Shown one piece after another: positions 38,945-50,671 of a stretch of 64,000 nt of DNA (position 1 is its first letter; each line of letters opens with the position of its first letter). The translations under genes were made by a program, and so were the position numbers. The DNA is from Octopus bimaculoides (lineage: Eukaryota), in contig NC_068989.1 of the NCBI RefSeq assembly GCF_001194135.2, positions 56,277 through 120,276 on the forward strand, read 5' to 3'. The notes below the pieces were generated by a model. That model ran no database searches. It saw only the letters and a program-made list of their open reading frames with translations, and had not been told where the DNA came from.

Positions 38945-40974
38945 GTGTGTATCGTACAAACTTTTTACTCACAATAAAAATTTAAAAAAATCCTAGCAAT
39001 GTTATAAACTGAGTCTCTGTAATTTTGTGTTGTTCATGTCTTTCCCTCTAAATCATTAGCAGCATAATTAGAACATTTCAACTGGAGTCAAAACTTGACA
39101 CGGACTAAGATTTTATACTTTGTTGCTCATCACAAATTCTTCATAAATACTGACTGGTAGATCTTTTTTTTTTTTACAGAATTCTTTGTTTCATGAATAT
39201 TTATCAAAAATTTTATATTTTACATGGTTTGTTGGAGTAATGTTATGTAATAGCAGCTGTTAGACAAAGGAATCAGCAAATAACAACAAACCTGTATAAT
39301 TCAATTATGTATTGAGAAAGAAATATTAAAACTCACATGGAAGACAGCACAAAGCTGTTATAATATATTTGAGCGCACAGCACAAAGCCATCGCAAAAAT
39401 ATTAGAGTTCAAAGCACAGAATTGTTGCAAATAGATTTGAGTTAGTCAGTCCTTGTTGATTGAAAATCCAGTGTTGGAGTTATGAAGTCGCATGTCCCAA
39501 ATTATCAATATACCGGCCAAAACAAAAGCAAAGTCATCCTTTTTATCTTCTTGTGTTGTTGTTTACTGTTTTGGTCTTGTTTGCAATAGTAAGCCCAAGG
39601 GGTGATAGTGATGTCAAATACAGGAGGAGGAAGACAGAATGATGCTAGCATTCTGCCTTTCATTTTAGTAACAGCAGAGAAAGATAAAATAACATTTGCC
39701 ATTGAAATGTGAGCTAGTGAAAATTGTATCCATCATCTCTGGTCGTCTTCATTTCACCAACTAACCTTGTGGTCATCTCTTTCACCAACTGACTTATCCT
39801 TGCAAGATTTTAGTATTTATAATTATTGCAGAACAGTGAGAGAGACATATCTCTGAGAACAATGGGGAAAACTGCTGAGGGTAATTCTTTATCTCATTTT
39901 GACCTTTTGTGGTATAGAAGAGGTCAAGAAGTTTAAATCATCATCATCATCATCATCGAAGTTTAAATGGGAAAACACATAAATTGGTTTGGCATAGGTT
40001 AAGAGAAATTCTATAGATTCAGGTTCTAATCTATATGCCCAAATGAAATCCACTATATTACTATATAGGTAAGTGAATTTATCTAAGAAGAGAAAGAGTT
40101 GTGAAAATGCTTTGACTATTAGAAAAGAAAAAGAAAAAACGTTTCTCCTAAGACCGGCAGCAAGAAAAAAAAATTTGAAAGACATTCTTAATGTCTGTGG
40201 AGAGTCATACTGTCTTAAAATGCCTTATCTAACACACCTGTTCAATTTCTACTCGTTTATTATTTCTATTTTTCCTTCCAAAATTTTTGTTGCTTTTGCA
40301 ACTTTGTCAATGGATGTTGACTCTGTCCCATTCTTAATGAAGCTATATTGCAAATAATAGTTTTAACTCCACCTCTCTATCCCTCTTAAGCTAATCTTTT
40401 TTAAATTAAATTTACTTTAACAAATAAATTGCATTTTTAGTTAATTCTATGGTTAAATATATTCACTGTATTTCTAATATGATTTCATCAAATATATTTA
40501 GTATTCCATTGTATTTTCTATAGTATTGTCACAGTCAGAATAATAATATTGTCATTTGGTACTGTAGCATAATAGTTCTGAGCAGAACTGATGCTTTATA
40601 GAGTCTCCTGAACTTATTTGTTGTGATGAATATTCACTTATTCAGCTATTAAAGGATTAACTGTGAAAATCAGCTTTGGCTCCTGTAATCCTATTCAAGG
40701 CTTTTTGTACAACTCTAGAGTACTTCATCTATTTTGAATTATAACTGTTTCCTTTATAAACCATATAAGCTAGTTCAACTCGCTAATAAAAAAGGTTTCC
40801 AATAGATCATTGCACTTTCTCTGTGTCGGTTTCTTTTTTACTATTTTCTTATAATGCATAAATTATATATTCATTGTATATATCTTTTATTTGCTCTACT
40901 CCATAATAATTATTTTATTAAATAAAAGCATTAATGTCTGATTTTGTTTTGTTGTTTTTTGTTCATCTTTTCAG

Positions 40975-41051
40975 GAAGACGATGACGGAGACCGTGAAAA
41001 AAAGTCTGCAAAGGATGCATTATTACTTTGGTGTCAAAGGAAAACAGATGG
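40975..41051 (+). CDS. SPTBN5: beta-H spectrin coding exon 4 (linker/CH2 start)
   Basis: cag acceptor; EDDDGDREKKSAKDALLLWCQRKTDG; donor gtaaga; phase 0-2. Confidence 0.95.
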
Positions 41052-41399
41052 GTAAGAGCATTTGAAGTGAATAGAGGCTTTTTAATCAGGAAAATGTTAA
41101 GTGTTACTTTAAAAAAATATCAGATATGTAGATTATTTAATAAGATTTATAAATATACTTTATTTTGGTTAGTACTTCTGTCATTTTATTCATATATTTT
41201 TTATTCAAACATATTTTTGCTAAAGATAAGTATTTGTTTCTTTATAAGAATGGCCTACAGAAAATTATGGCAAATCTCATTTCATAGGGTTCTTCTAAAA
41301 TGTAAATTACTCAGAATATATGATAAAAACAATCTTGAAGCTTGCTGTCTGCTTTGGCATGGTTTCTGTGGTTGAATACCCTTTCTAACAACAACAACA

Positions 41400-42345
41400 A
41401 CAACTTTACAGAGTGGACTTTTTACATGGTACCAACACCAGTCAAGGTCACCATGTAACTTGGAAGAGAAAGTCCCTCATCTGAGAAGGGAAGTGCAATT
41501 GAGTGAGGCGGCTTTGTGCCAGGTGATGAAAGGTTAAACTATGATAGCAGGTTGGAAAGAGGAGATGCAAGGTAGAGGGAGGGAGAGAGAGAGAGAGACG
41601 GTGGCAATGTAGCAGGACATACCTTCAAGGTGGAAGGAGGTGAATGCAAATGGAGTAGTAGAGGATAGGGAGTGTAAAAGGAGAAAGGAGAATGAAAGAG
41701 AAATGCAATGAGTGATGAAACAGAAGTATACAGGGGAGTGACAGAACAGCAACAATACAGTTGGGAGGATGACAGAGTGGTGTGGTGGGCTGCAGGAGTG
41801 GGTGGGGAGAGACAGGTATAGTGCATGAAGAGATGTAGTTTGGTTAATTGGGTTGGATATGAATTTTATGTGTGGGTGGAATACTCAGGTCTTTCAGAAC
41901 TCAGTGGGTTTTCTCAAGAACTTCATATCGCCAGGTATCTCAGTTCCTTAACCCTAACCCCAACATCTTGAGATTAGCTTTTGCTACTTCATTCCATGTC
42001 TTCTTGGATCTCCCTTCCACAGGTACCATCCATTTTAAGCAGCCAGCATTTTTTTATTTTTTTATACGTCTTCATTCTTACGCACCACATGTCCAAACCA
42101 TCATAATCTTTTCTCCTGAATGCTACATCTAATTCTTCCTATGCCCAACTTTTCTCTTTTGAAGCATTTGTACTTTGGCAAACACGTACACTGATATTGC
42201 ACATCAATCAGGGTTTACAAGCTTCATTCCTCTCCAGTCTTTGCATGCCCTCTACATACAGGGTCGTCCATGTTTCGCTATCATGGAGTGTAGCCATTCA
42301 TATACAAGCATCTTACAATCTGCTATTCACTCTGAGAGAGAGGTG
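41400..42345 (-). mobile_element. RTE LINE 3' fragment with low-complexity UTR (intron 4)
   Basis: Reverse complement of the LHxSETWxL / WYGHV / GRxKKTWNEV region; adjoins (TA)n and a gap. Confidence 0.75.
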
Positions 42346-42355
42346 TTTCACTGTT

Positions 42356-42398
<43 letters not shown>

Positions 42399-42702
42399 NN
42401 NNNNNNNNNNNNNNNNNNNNNNNNNNNNNNNNNNNNNNNNNNNNNNNNNNNNNNNNNNNNNNNNNNNNNNNNNNNNNNNNNNNNNNNNNNNNNNNNNNNN
42501 NNNNNNNNNNNNNNNNNNNNNNNNNNNNNNNNNNNNNNNNNNNNNNNNNNNNNNNNNNNNNNNNNNNNNNNNNNNNNNNNNNNNNNNNNNNNNNNNNNNN
42601 NNNNNNNNNNNNNNNNNNNNNNNNNNNNNNNNNNNNNNNNNNNNNNNNNNNNNNNNNNNNNNNNNNNNNNNNNNNNNNNNNNNNNNNNNNNNNNNNNNNN
42701 NN
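42399..42702. other. Assembly gap flanked by (TA)n
   Basis: N run. Confidence 1.
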
Positions 42703-43123
42703 ATATATATATATATATATATATAATGAAGGTGCATGGCTCAGGCTCACAATTATAAGGAAAAGGGGTTCAATTCCCAGACTAAGTTGTGTGTTGTGTT
42801 CTTGAGCAAGGCATTTTATTTCACACTGCTCCAGTTCACCCATTCTGTAGAAATGAGTTACAATGTCACTGGTGCCAAGCTGTATCAGCCTTTGCCTTTT
42901 CCTTGGATAACATCAGTGGCATGGAGACTTGTGTCTCAGATGGTAACTTTCTAGGTGCAATCCCAAAGTCATTTATGACTGAAGGGGGTCTTTATCTTTT
43001 ACCCTTTTATATATATATATTTGTGTCTGTATTTGTCCCCTACCACCAGTTGACAAGCAGTGTTGGTTTGTTTACATCCTTGTAACGGAGCATTCAGCAA
43101 AAAGTGACTGAAAGAATAAGTTC

Positions 43124-43195
43124 TGATCGGTAGTATAGTGGTAAGTATCCCCGCCTGTCACGCGGGAGACTGGGGTTCGATTCCCCGCCGGGGAG
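43124..43195 (+). tRNA. tRNA-Asp(GTC)-derived copy, probably a pseudogene or retrocopy
   Basis: TAGTATAGTGGTAAGTATCCCCGCCTGTCACGCGGGAGACTGGGGTTCGATTCCCCGCCGGGGAG is a eukaryotic tRNA-Asp body with anticodon GTC and intact A and B boxes. The acceptor 5' strand TGATCGG fails to pair with CCGGGGA at positions 2 and 3. A T5 tract follows at 43203-43207. Confidence 0.9.
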
Positions 43196-43207
43196 GCAAC
43201 TATTTTT

Positions 43208-43277
43208 GTCCAACCTATGCTAGCTGGGTCCAACCCATGCTAGCATGGAAAGCGGACGTTAAACGAAGATGATGATG
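43208..43277 (+). mobile_element. RTE 3' tail with a 20-21 nt tandem duplication
   Basis: gtccaacctatgctagctgg + gtccaacccatgctagcatggaaagcggacgttaaacgaagatgatgatg. Confidence 0.88.
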
Positions 43278-43565
43278 TTGATTTGTTTGATTTTGCCCTT
43301 CAAGGTAGTGCCCTACCATGGCTGCATTCCAATGACTGAAAAGAGGTAAAACATAAAAGATACCCAAGTAATTGATTGGTTCTTTATTGTTTTCACCCCA
43401 GAAGGATGTAAAGTGAAGTTTAATGCATTGGAATTTGAAGAGTTGATATTTTTCTTATGGGCTGTCAATCTGCCACTCATATAATTTTAATCTTCGGATT
43501 TTTTAAATATGCTAGGCCACTGGTTTTAATTGATTAATATCAATTTCTACCCTCATTATTAAATT

Positions 43566-43634
<69 letters not shown>

Positions 43635-44010
43635 CAGGTGGGGGAAAGAAGGAGTGACAATTAATACTTTATATACTGTTCCCAAAAAACTGAAAAGCAA
43701 ACTTGACTTTATTTGGACTTGAACTAGTGCAGAGGGTTGGAACAGAAGCTGTTAGGCTTTCGTATCCAATACTCTAACGGCTCTTCCAAATTACCATTTT
43801 ATGCACACACACACATATTGCATGCACACATACACATATAAAGTGATAAATGTATTACAAATAGATCACTATGTTGATAAGGTAGGTTGCTAAATAGGTG
43901 AGATCAACAATTTAGCTACAGTATTGTGTCTGTGAGAGAGAGACAGATCCAGAAGTTTTTAATACAAAACATTATTACATTATTCTAATTACAATATATT
44001 TCCTTTTCAG

Positions 44011-44091
44011 ATACCCTGGTGTACATATTGAAAATTTCACCACTTCTTGGCGCAATGGCCTGGGTTTTAATGCCCTTATTCATGCTCATCG
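44011..44091 (+). CDS. SPTBN5: beta-H spectrin coding exon 5 (CH2)
   Basis: cag acceptor; [27 protein letters not shown]; donor gtaaat; phase 2-2. Confidence 0.95.
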
Positions 44092-44139
44092 GTAAATTTG
44101 GTTCTGCTTCTAAAAGAATTTTTTTTTTGTTTTTCGTTT

Positions 44140-44457
44140 TGTCTTGCAAGTACTTGGGGACCCTGTCAGTGCAGGTGCCACTTAAAAGCATCCTGTCCAC
44201 ACTGTAAAGTGGTTGGTGTTTGGAAAGGCATCCAGCTGTAAAAACCTTACCAAAACTGATCCCCGACCTGTGCTTGTGTCACATAAAAAACACTAAGTCC
44301 ACTCTGCTGAGTGGTTGGTGTTAGGAAGGGCATCCAGCTGTAAAGATCCTGCTAAAACAGTTACTGAGGTCTGGTGCAGGCTTCTTCCTGGTCAGCTCTT
44401 GTCAAACCATCCAACCCATGCCAGCATGGAAGGCAGATGTTAAACAAGGATGATGAT
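44140..44457 (+). mobile_element. RTE 3' UTR/tail fragment (intron 5)
   Basis: Same architecture as 27915-28270, including the duplicated gtggttgg...ggaagggcatccagctgtaaaa block. Confidence 0.8.
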
Positions 44458-45117
44458 TTTTTTAGTCTAAAGAACATTAGTATCTCTTATTTTTTAAGTG
44501 TCTTTTAAAGTTGGGCCTGGTAAATAACTGGGAAAGTTAACATTTGCAAATGTTTTAACCAGTGTGATATTCCATCTGTAACTGAATGTCAATTGGTTGC
44601 TTTTGCTTTGATTAAAGCTTATTTAATTAGCTAAAGTTGGAGAAAATTTAAGGTTTGCATTAAACCAAATGCTTATAAATTATTTGAAATATATCGATCT
44701 ATAAAGTTATATTGGATTAATATATTTGAATAAACAAGGAAATTGTCTCATTAGGATTATTCAAAAAGTAGATCTTAATGTTGTAATTTTAGATTTCTGT
44801 TTCCTATAAATGTGAAACTTCATTGTTACACAATACTTTGTGTTTGGGACAGAGTTTGTATGTGATAGCTAAACCTGTCAATGAAGCAGTCAAATATCAC
44901 TCAAACTATTTAATATCTTTATGAAAAGATATTTTTGTAAAAACAATATGGCCACAGCTAGAATACTGACAGAATGTTTCTAAGCTTCTTGTAAGTCGTG
45001 TGTATCCAAATAAAATTAATGAACTTTACTCAAGAACAATAGTAACAATCATCTTAAATTCCTTCTCCAAGTATTTTTCCTTGTCTTCATCTTTATTATT
45101 ATTTCCAATTTTCCCAA

Positions 45118-45330
45118 AGCGGCATGCTGGCAGAATGGTTAGCATGCTCGATGAAATGCTTAGTGGTATTTCACCCATCACTACGTTCGGAGTTCAAATT
45201 CCGCTGAGGTTGACTTTGCCTTTCATCCTTTTGGGATCGATAAAATAAGTACCAGTTATGTACTGGGATTGATGGAATTGGCTCATCCCCACCTTCCCAA
45301 GGCTGCCCTTGTGGCAAAAAATTTGAAATA
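45118..45330 (+). mobile_element. tRNA-derived SINE
   Basis: gctggcagaatggttagc...gttcggagttcaaattccgctgaggttgactttgcctttcatccttttgggatcgataaaataagtaccag. Confidence 0.85.
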
Positions 45331-45350
45331 TTTATTTTTCAATTTTTCAG

Positions 45351-45463
45351 CCCTGAGTTGATTGCTTATGAAGAACTAATACCATCTGAACACATGCCAA
45401 ATCTGAACAACGCTTTTAATGTGGCAAAGAACATGGGCATCCCCAAAATGTTGGATGCTGAAG
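45351..45463 (+). CDS. SPTBN5: beta-H spectrin coding exon 6 (CH2)
   Basis: cag acceptor; PELIAYEELIPSEHMPNLNNAFNVAKNMGIPKMLDAE; donor gttagt; phase 2-1. Confidence 0.95.
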
Positions 45464-46185
45464 GTTAGTTGTTTGTAACTTAATATTATTTTGTTGTAGC
45501 ATACTGGAAAACCTTTCCCCAAAGAAACACATGGACTTCGAATGGGTATTGAATCTTTGTGGGGTGTTTTTTTTTCCACTAATGTTTGTGTATAATCTGA
45601 TGAAATGAGAAAGTGCTGCTTCACACTGTTAGACATTTCTTGTCTCTCATCATATTTACATTCTTTCTATTTCGTTGCTATAACTTTTTTTTATGTAGGT
45701 ATATATTTTTTTTCTTCTTAGTTGAAAATATTTATTGGAATATAACATGGAACAGCTGTAATGGGCTGCTTCATGTTGGCTTATTCATAACAAACAAGTT
45801 GTACAGAGTATACTGCAAAGTGAATACTAAAATGAATGGATTTAATTAGAATTACATCCATTGTGAGAACTATTACTGGTATTTTATATCATTACTTTTA
45901 TGAATGAGAAGAATTAAAGTCAAAACTGTCTTTGCTGGAATTTTTAATTCAGAATTGCAAAATATGCAATCAGATTTTGAAATTTAACCTTTTGGTCTTG
46001 GAAAATCAATGCAAAAACACATTCCTGATCCCTGAGAAATCTCACACAATGAAATGGGAATTTCTCCATTTCAATTTTTTAATATCATATTTTATTTTTA
46101 TTGATTAGAAAACTGGAAGCTAAACTACCCAGCCACACCTTTATATGATGTAGTTATATCAATATGCTATTTTCTTAATGGTGAG

Positions 46186-46230
<45 letters not shown>

Positions 46231-46359
46231 CTTTAAAGATATTAGAATATGAATTAAAACTGATTTATGAATTTAGACATTCAAACATATTTAAATATGA
46301 TTACTATGACAACCAAGTGATACAAAATTATGCATATGTTTTCTTGCAGTTTTCAACTT

Positions 46360-46400
<41 letters not shown>

Positions 46401-46481
46401 TAATTAATTAGACTATAAGATGAAGATATATATAAATACCAAAAAGTTATTATTCATTTGAGTATGTGTTGTCTCTTGCAG

Positions 46482-46594
46482 ATGTTGATGTACCTAAACC
46501 TGATGAGAAAGTAATCATGACTTATGTATCAGCTTATTACCACTATTTTGCCAAATTAAAGTCTGAATTAACAGGTGGTAAAAGAATTGCCAAG
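46482..46594 (+). CDS. SPTBN5: beta-H spectrin coding exon 7 (CH2 end)
   Basis: cag acceptor; DVDVPKPDEKVIMTYVSAYYHYFAKLKSELTGGKRIAK; donor gtaaac; phase 1-0. Confidence 0.95.
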
Positions 46595-47694
46595 GTAAAC
46601 CACTTAATAATAAAAGGCTGTCAGATCTGAACTGATACTGTAACCTTTGTTGTCAAATCATTAGATTGGGACAGAAAGGCTTCCTTGTTTTAAAGGTCAT
46701 CATGTATTTATTAGAATGATACTTTTAGCAAACTTTGAACCCAATTTTGTAAAATTTTTAATCATAACCCTTAAAATAATTTCTAACTTTAGTGCTAAGT
46801 TTCAACATCGTTAGAGGAGTAGAGTCAATTTAATCATCTTCCAGCATATATACCTAGTATTCATTTTAACCATCCTGTGGTGGAAAAAGTTCGCTGACAG
46901 CTGAAGCCAACGTTGATTAGGTAAGGGGAGATAACTATGTACTTCATGGGATTTAATTGGTACTTTTTATCACTTTTGTAATGATTTCTAGATTTGGCTA
47001 AAGATCATTTATTGGGAAGATATCATTGATTAAATTCACCTCAGTGCCTGACAGATGCTTATTTTATTAAATGCTAAAGGGTGGAAATCAAAATGAACTG
47101 GAGCAGAATTTGAAATATAAAAGTACTGTGAGGCGATTTGACTTGTGCTCCACCATTCTGCTCTTCACATCCTAATAGCAATAATGAATAAATAAATATT
47201 AATGTTTCCTCTAGTATCGAAAAACAGATATTTAACTGATAAGAAATATTTTTAGATCTTGTGGCTCCATGTTCACGTGATAGAAACAAATCCTAGCAGT
47301 CCAGATTGATGGTTCATATGGCACCCCTTTACTTCCAATTTATCAATGATGAGGATGGGAGTCTGGTTGTCTTTTGTAATCAGACAAGAAGTATTGAATG
47401 TCTGACAATGATGGCTGTAGAAGTGCAAAAGTTGTGGTTATTTTTAATGGAAATGGTTTACTAGCTCTATTTATATAGCTATATTGCTTTGAAAGTGTAT
47501 CAGTGCAGCTGCCAAATGTAAGTTTGCCTGAAATATCTGTCCTTCACACAGCTTGTAATGTCAGCTCCTGGAGTTTAAATATGAACAAGCTCTTCACTTT
47601 AAACTGTTCTGTATATGTCTTATTTTAACTTTAAAGGATATATTCTCATATTGAATAATAAATATTATGAAGCAAATTCTGTAATTTTTTTCAG

Positions 47695-47882
47695 ATTATC
47701 AACAACGTTCTTACTTTACGACAAAACCAAAAAGACTATGAATCTTTCACCACTAACCTGATTGAGTGGATTAACAAGAAGATTAAAGAACTGAATGATC
47801 GCAATTTTCCCAATTCATATGAGGGTATTAAAAACGAACTTTTAAAATTCAAACAGTACCGAACTGTGGAGAAACCACCAAA
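47695..47882 (+). CDS. SPTBN5: beta-H spectrin coding exon 8 (spectrin repeat 1)
   Basis: cag acceptor; IINNVLTLRQNQKDYESFTTNLIEWINKKIKELNDRNFPNSYEGIKNELLKFKQYRTVEKPPK; donor gtaggt; phase 0-2. Confidence 0.95.
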
Positions 47883-48169
47883 GTAGGTTCATTTCTGAGG
47901 CTAATAACATAATTTCAGAATTATATTTTTGCTTTTGATGTTGAATTCTATGGCTTTAGTTTTGTTTTTGAATATCTTTAAAGGTGGTATTTTTTTCCAT
48001 CTCAAAACAATTAGACGAGGTTGTGTGACAGTGTAGATGCTCTCTTACTATCCCATGTTTGTTAATTAATATGCTGTGTAATGATGCAATTTAAAAGTTG
48101 TTTAGCAAAAGTCACAGCCTAATTATTTTCATTGGAACTATTTCATTTTATTCTCATCATTCACCCCTA

Positions 48170-48545
48170 CTACAGATTTGGTCACCTAGGTAGCGGAAGC
48201 TACTAACTGCTTCTAGTTTCTTCCCCTGGCATGTGATGGGATCTGTTTTCTGTACATCATCTTCAGTGTTTATTGCCTCTGTGTATGTGTCACACACAAA
48301 AACTACTTTCTCGGTTAACCTTCCTCTCATATTGCTGCACTTTTTATGTGTCCATAGTTTGCACTGGGTACATCATATGGAGTTTCTACCCACGCCTTTT
48401 CTACAGATCGAGCAGGGCCATCTACCTGAAGGCGTTTGTGATTTGACAGCCTTCTTACTTACTAAGACTTTTGGTTTTTGCGAGGTAACCCTAAGGCCCT
48501 TCAATTCTAGACCTTGCTTCCACACCCTAAACTTCGTCTCTCATT
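48170..48545 (-). mobile_element. RTE ORF2 fragment (Cys/His-finger region) in intron 8
   Basis: Homologous to 13452-13795 and 51180-51520. Confidence 0.8.
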
Positions 48546-48972
48546 ATTCATAAAATGGTTTTGTGAAAATTATGAATGTCAGACTGATAGTAGCAGGCAT
48601 AAGTGAACGAAAAGGAGTTTGGCAATGTTATAGTAATGTAGGTTGCAGCTACAACACTTCTTCTTTCCTGCAGAGCTTCACTTTAACAGACCTATGCATG
48701 AGCCACTGTAGCTCAGTAGTCTTTCACTCACCCGCACATGCACATGTACTTGCACACGTGCTCATGCATACACACATACACTTATACATACATATGATTA
48801 GCACTGAAGTTAGTAGGTCTTGTACCCTAGAAAACAGATATCACCATTATACAAAATCATGTGATTGATTTGAAAGTATCAAAAAAATATTTTAGTTTTC
48901 ATTTAATTACTTGACCATATCCACTGCAATATCCATTTGTCAATAACTCTTCATCTTTTCATTTTTGTAAAG

Positions 48973-49155
48973 GTTTAAAGAAAGAGGCCACATTGAAGTT
49001 CTTTTCTTCAATATTCAAGCTAACCTGAAAGCAAATGGGCAAAAAGGCTACACACCACCTGAGGGCAAATTAGTTCATGACATTCACACAGCATGGACTA
49101 ATTTGGAAAAAGCTGAGCATGATCGAGAAATTGTGTTGAGGGATCAACTTAGAAG
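48973..49155 (+). CDS. SPTBN5: beta-H spectrin coding exon 9 (repeat 1)
   Basis: aag acceptor; FKERGHIEVLFFNIQANLKANGQKGYTPPEGKLVHDIHTAWTNLEKAEHDREIVLRDQLRR; donor gttaat; phase 2-2. Confidence 0.93.
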
Positions 49156-49607
49156 GTTAATGAAATATAATTCTTGCTTCTTTCTTCTCCTCCTCCTCTT
49201 CCTCCTTTTTAAGCTATATATATCCTTGTTGTACCTTTCTGAGTCTGTCATATTTGTCATTCTATGTGTCATTAAACTAATTGTCATATTGTTATTTTTA
49301 TAATTATTAATCTAGTCGTAGTTTTCACAGGAGTTGTGTAATACTCATCATAAATGTCACTAGTCTTGTTGTATTTGATGTTATGACAAATTGTCGTTGA
49401 CTGTAGTCTTAATGGCTTTGCTATCAGTAATATTATTTTCACAATTTTCACAAATTTTTCCCTTGCCATAATTCTTGTTGCTATTGCTAAATTTGTCGTT
49501 AGTTTAGGATTTAGTACCCAGGATTAAGAAGAAAAAAACTTAGTCTACATTTGTTACGTAACTTAACAATAAAGATTTCTTTACTTTTTTTATGTTTCAC
49601 TTTTCAG

Positions 49608-49650
49608 GTTGGACAGATTAGAACGGTTAGCTCAACGATTTCACCAAAAG
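49608..49650 (+). CDS. SPTBN5: beta-H spectrin coding exon 10 (43 nt)
   Basis: cag acceptor; LDRLERLAQRFHQK; donor gtactg; phase 2-0, exactly bridging exons 9 and 11. Confidence 0.9.
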
Positions 49651-50206
49651 GTACTGCTTTGATGTGATAATTAAATAATTATTTATTGAGATAATTTAAT
49701 GTTTGACTAGATTATTCCATTGTCATTGCAAATATAACTCTCTCTCTCTTACTTGCTCTCTCTCTCTCTCTCTCTCTCTCCACTCGCTTAGATTATCTCA
49801 CACCATCTTGTACAACTAAATACTACTAACTGTACCATATCAACTTTATAGTGCTAAACAATGCTAGATGCTCTTTGATACTAAGTAAACTAAATGATCA
49901 AAATTAAGAATTGCATAGACCATAGGCATCTTATATACAATTCTCAAGTCAACTAGTATACTATGGAAATAATGTCTAAAATTTCATGAAGACAGAAGTC
50001 TGTAGAAAAAATAAAATTTATAAAATGTCTGATCCATACCAGTATGGAAAACAGACATTAAATGAGGGCGATGCATTTCAATATATGCTGCACTTGTACC
50101 TTTATTTGCTATTATTTCACAATGTCCAATATAAAACAAATTTAAATGTGTTTTCTGGGTTATTTTTAAATATTTGAAATAATTTCTTTTTTTTTTTTGT
50201 TTCTAG

Positions 50207-50338
50207 TCTTCCATTCGTGAAACATGGCTTGTGGATATGAATCAAGTTTTAGATGAAGAAATCATCAACACCAATGCCAGTGAAACAGATGCAGTTTTGA
50301 AGAAGCATGAAGCAATTAGTGCAGAAATCTTAGCAGGA
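50207..50338 (+). CDS. SPTBN5: beta-H spectrin coding exon 11 (repeat 2)
   Basis: tag acceptor; SSIRETWLVDMNQVLDEEIINTNASETDAVLKKHEAISAEILAG; donor gtaagt. Confidence 0.93.
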
Positions 50339-50563
50339 GTAAGTGTATTAATTTCATACAAGCTTTCTATCTGTGGTTTGTATGCATTTTTTTTTTCTCG
50401 TTTTTGATAAATATTAATTGCAAAGTTTTAGTGCGTTGCTTTAAATTAGATTTTAAATATTTCTTTGTAAAGCAAGTTTTAAAGTGATTAATTCTTAATT
50501 TAAAATTTATTTATCAGTTGAAAGTAACATCATTTTTGACAACTTCTTACTTATTTTGGGTGG

Positions 50564-50595
<32 letters not shown>

Positions 50596-50671
50596 CATGC
50601 CTTTGGAACTGCAACCACCATTAAAATGATTTTATTTTCTGTTTTTGCCATTTTATTGTATTCCACATCAA

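Larger units (their letters stand above)
42727..43365 (+). mobile_element. SINE cluster; the 43020-43365 SINE is split by the tRNA-RTE insertion
   Basis: gggttcaattcc...cttgagcaaggcattttatttcac at 42770-42850. The halves 43020-43126 and 43278-43365 are colinear with the copy at 17029-17166. Confidence 0.7.

Noticed and set aside
39840-40360. Decayed transposase (RKEKEKTFLLRPAARKK)
   Set aside because: No diagnostic catalytic motif or TIR recognised.
42197-42843. ORFs of 127-202 aa
   Set aside because: They span the N gap and (TA)n.
43124-43195. Functional tRNA-Asp gene
   Set aside because: Acceptor stem has two mismatches (G2:G71, A3:G70) plus a T:G at the base of the T stem, and the context indicates insertion into a SINE. 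It may still be transcribed because the A and B boxes are intact.
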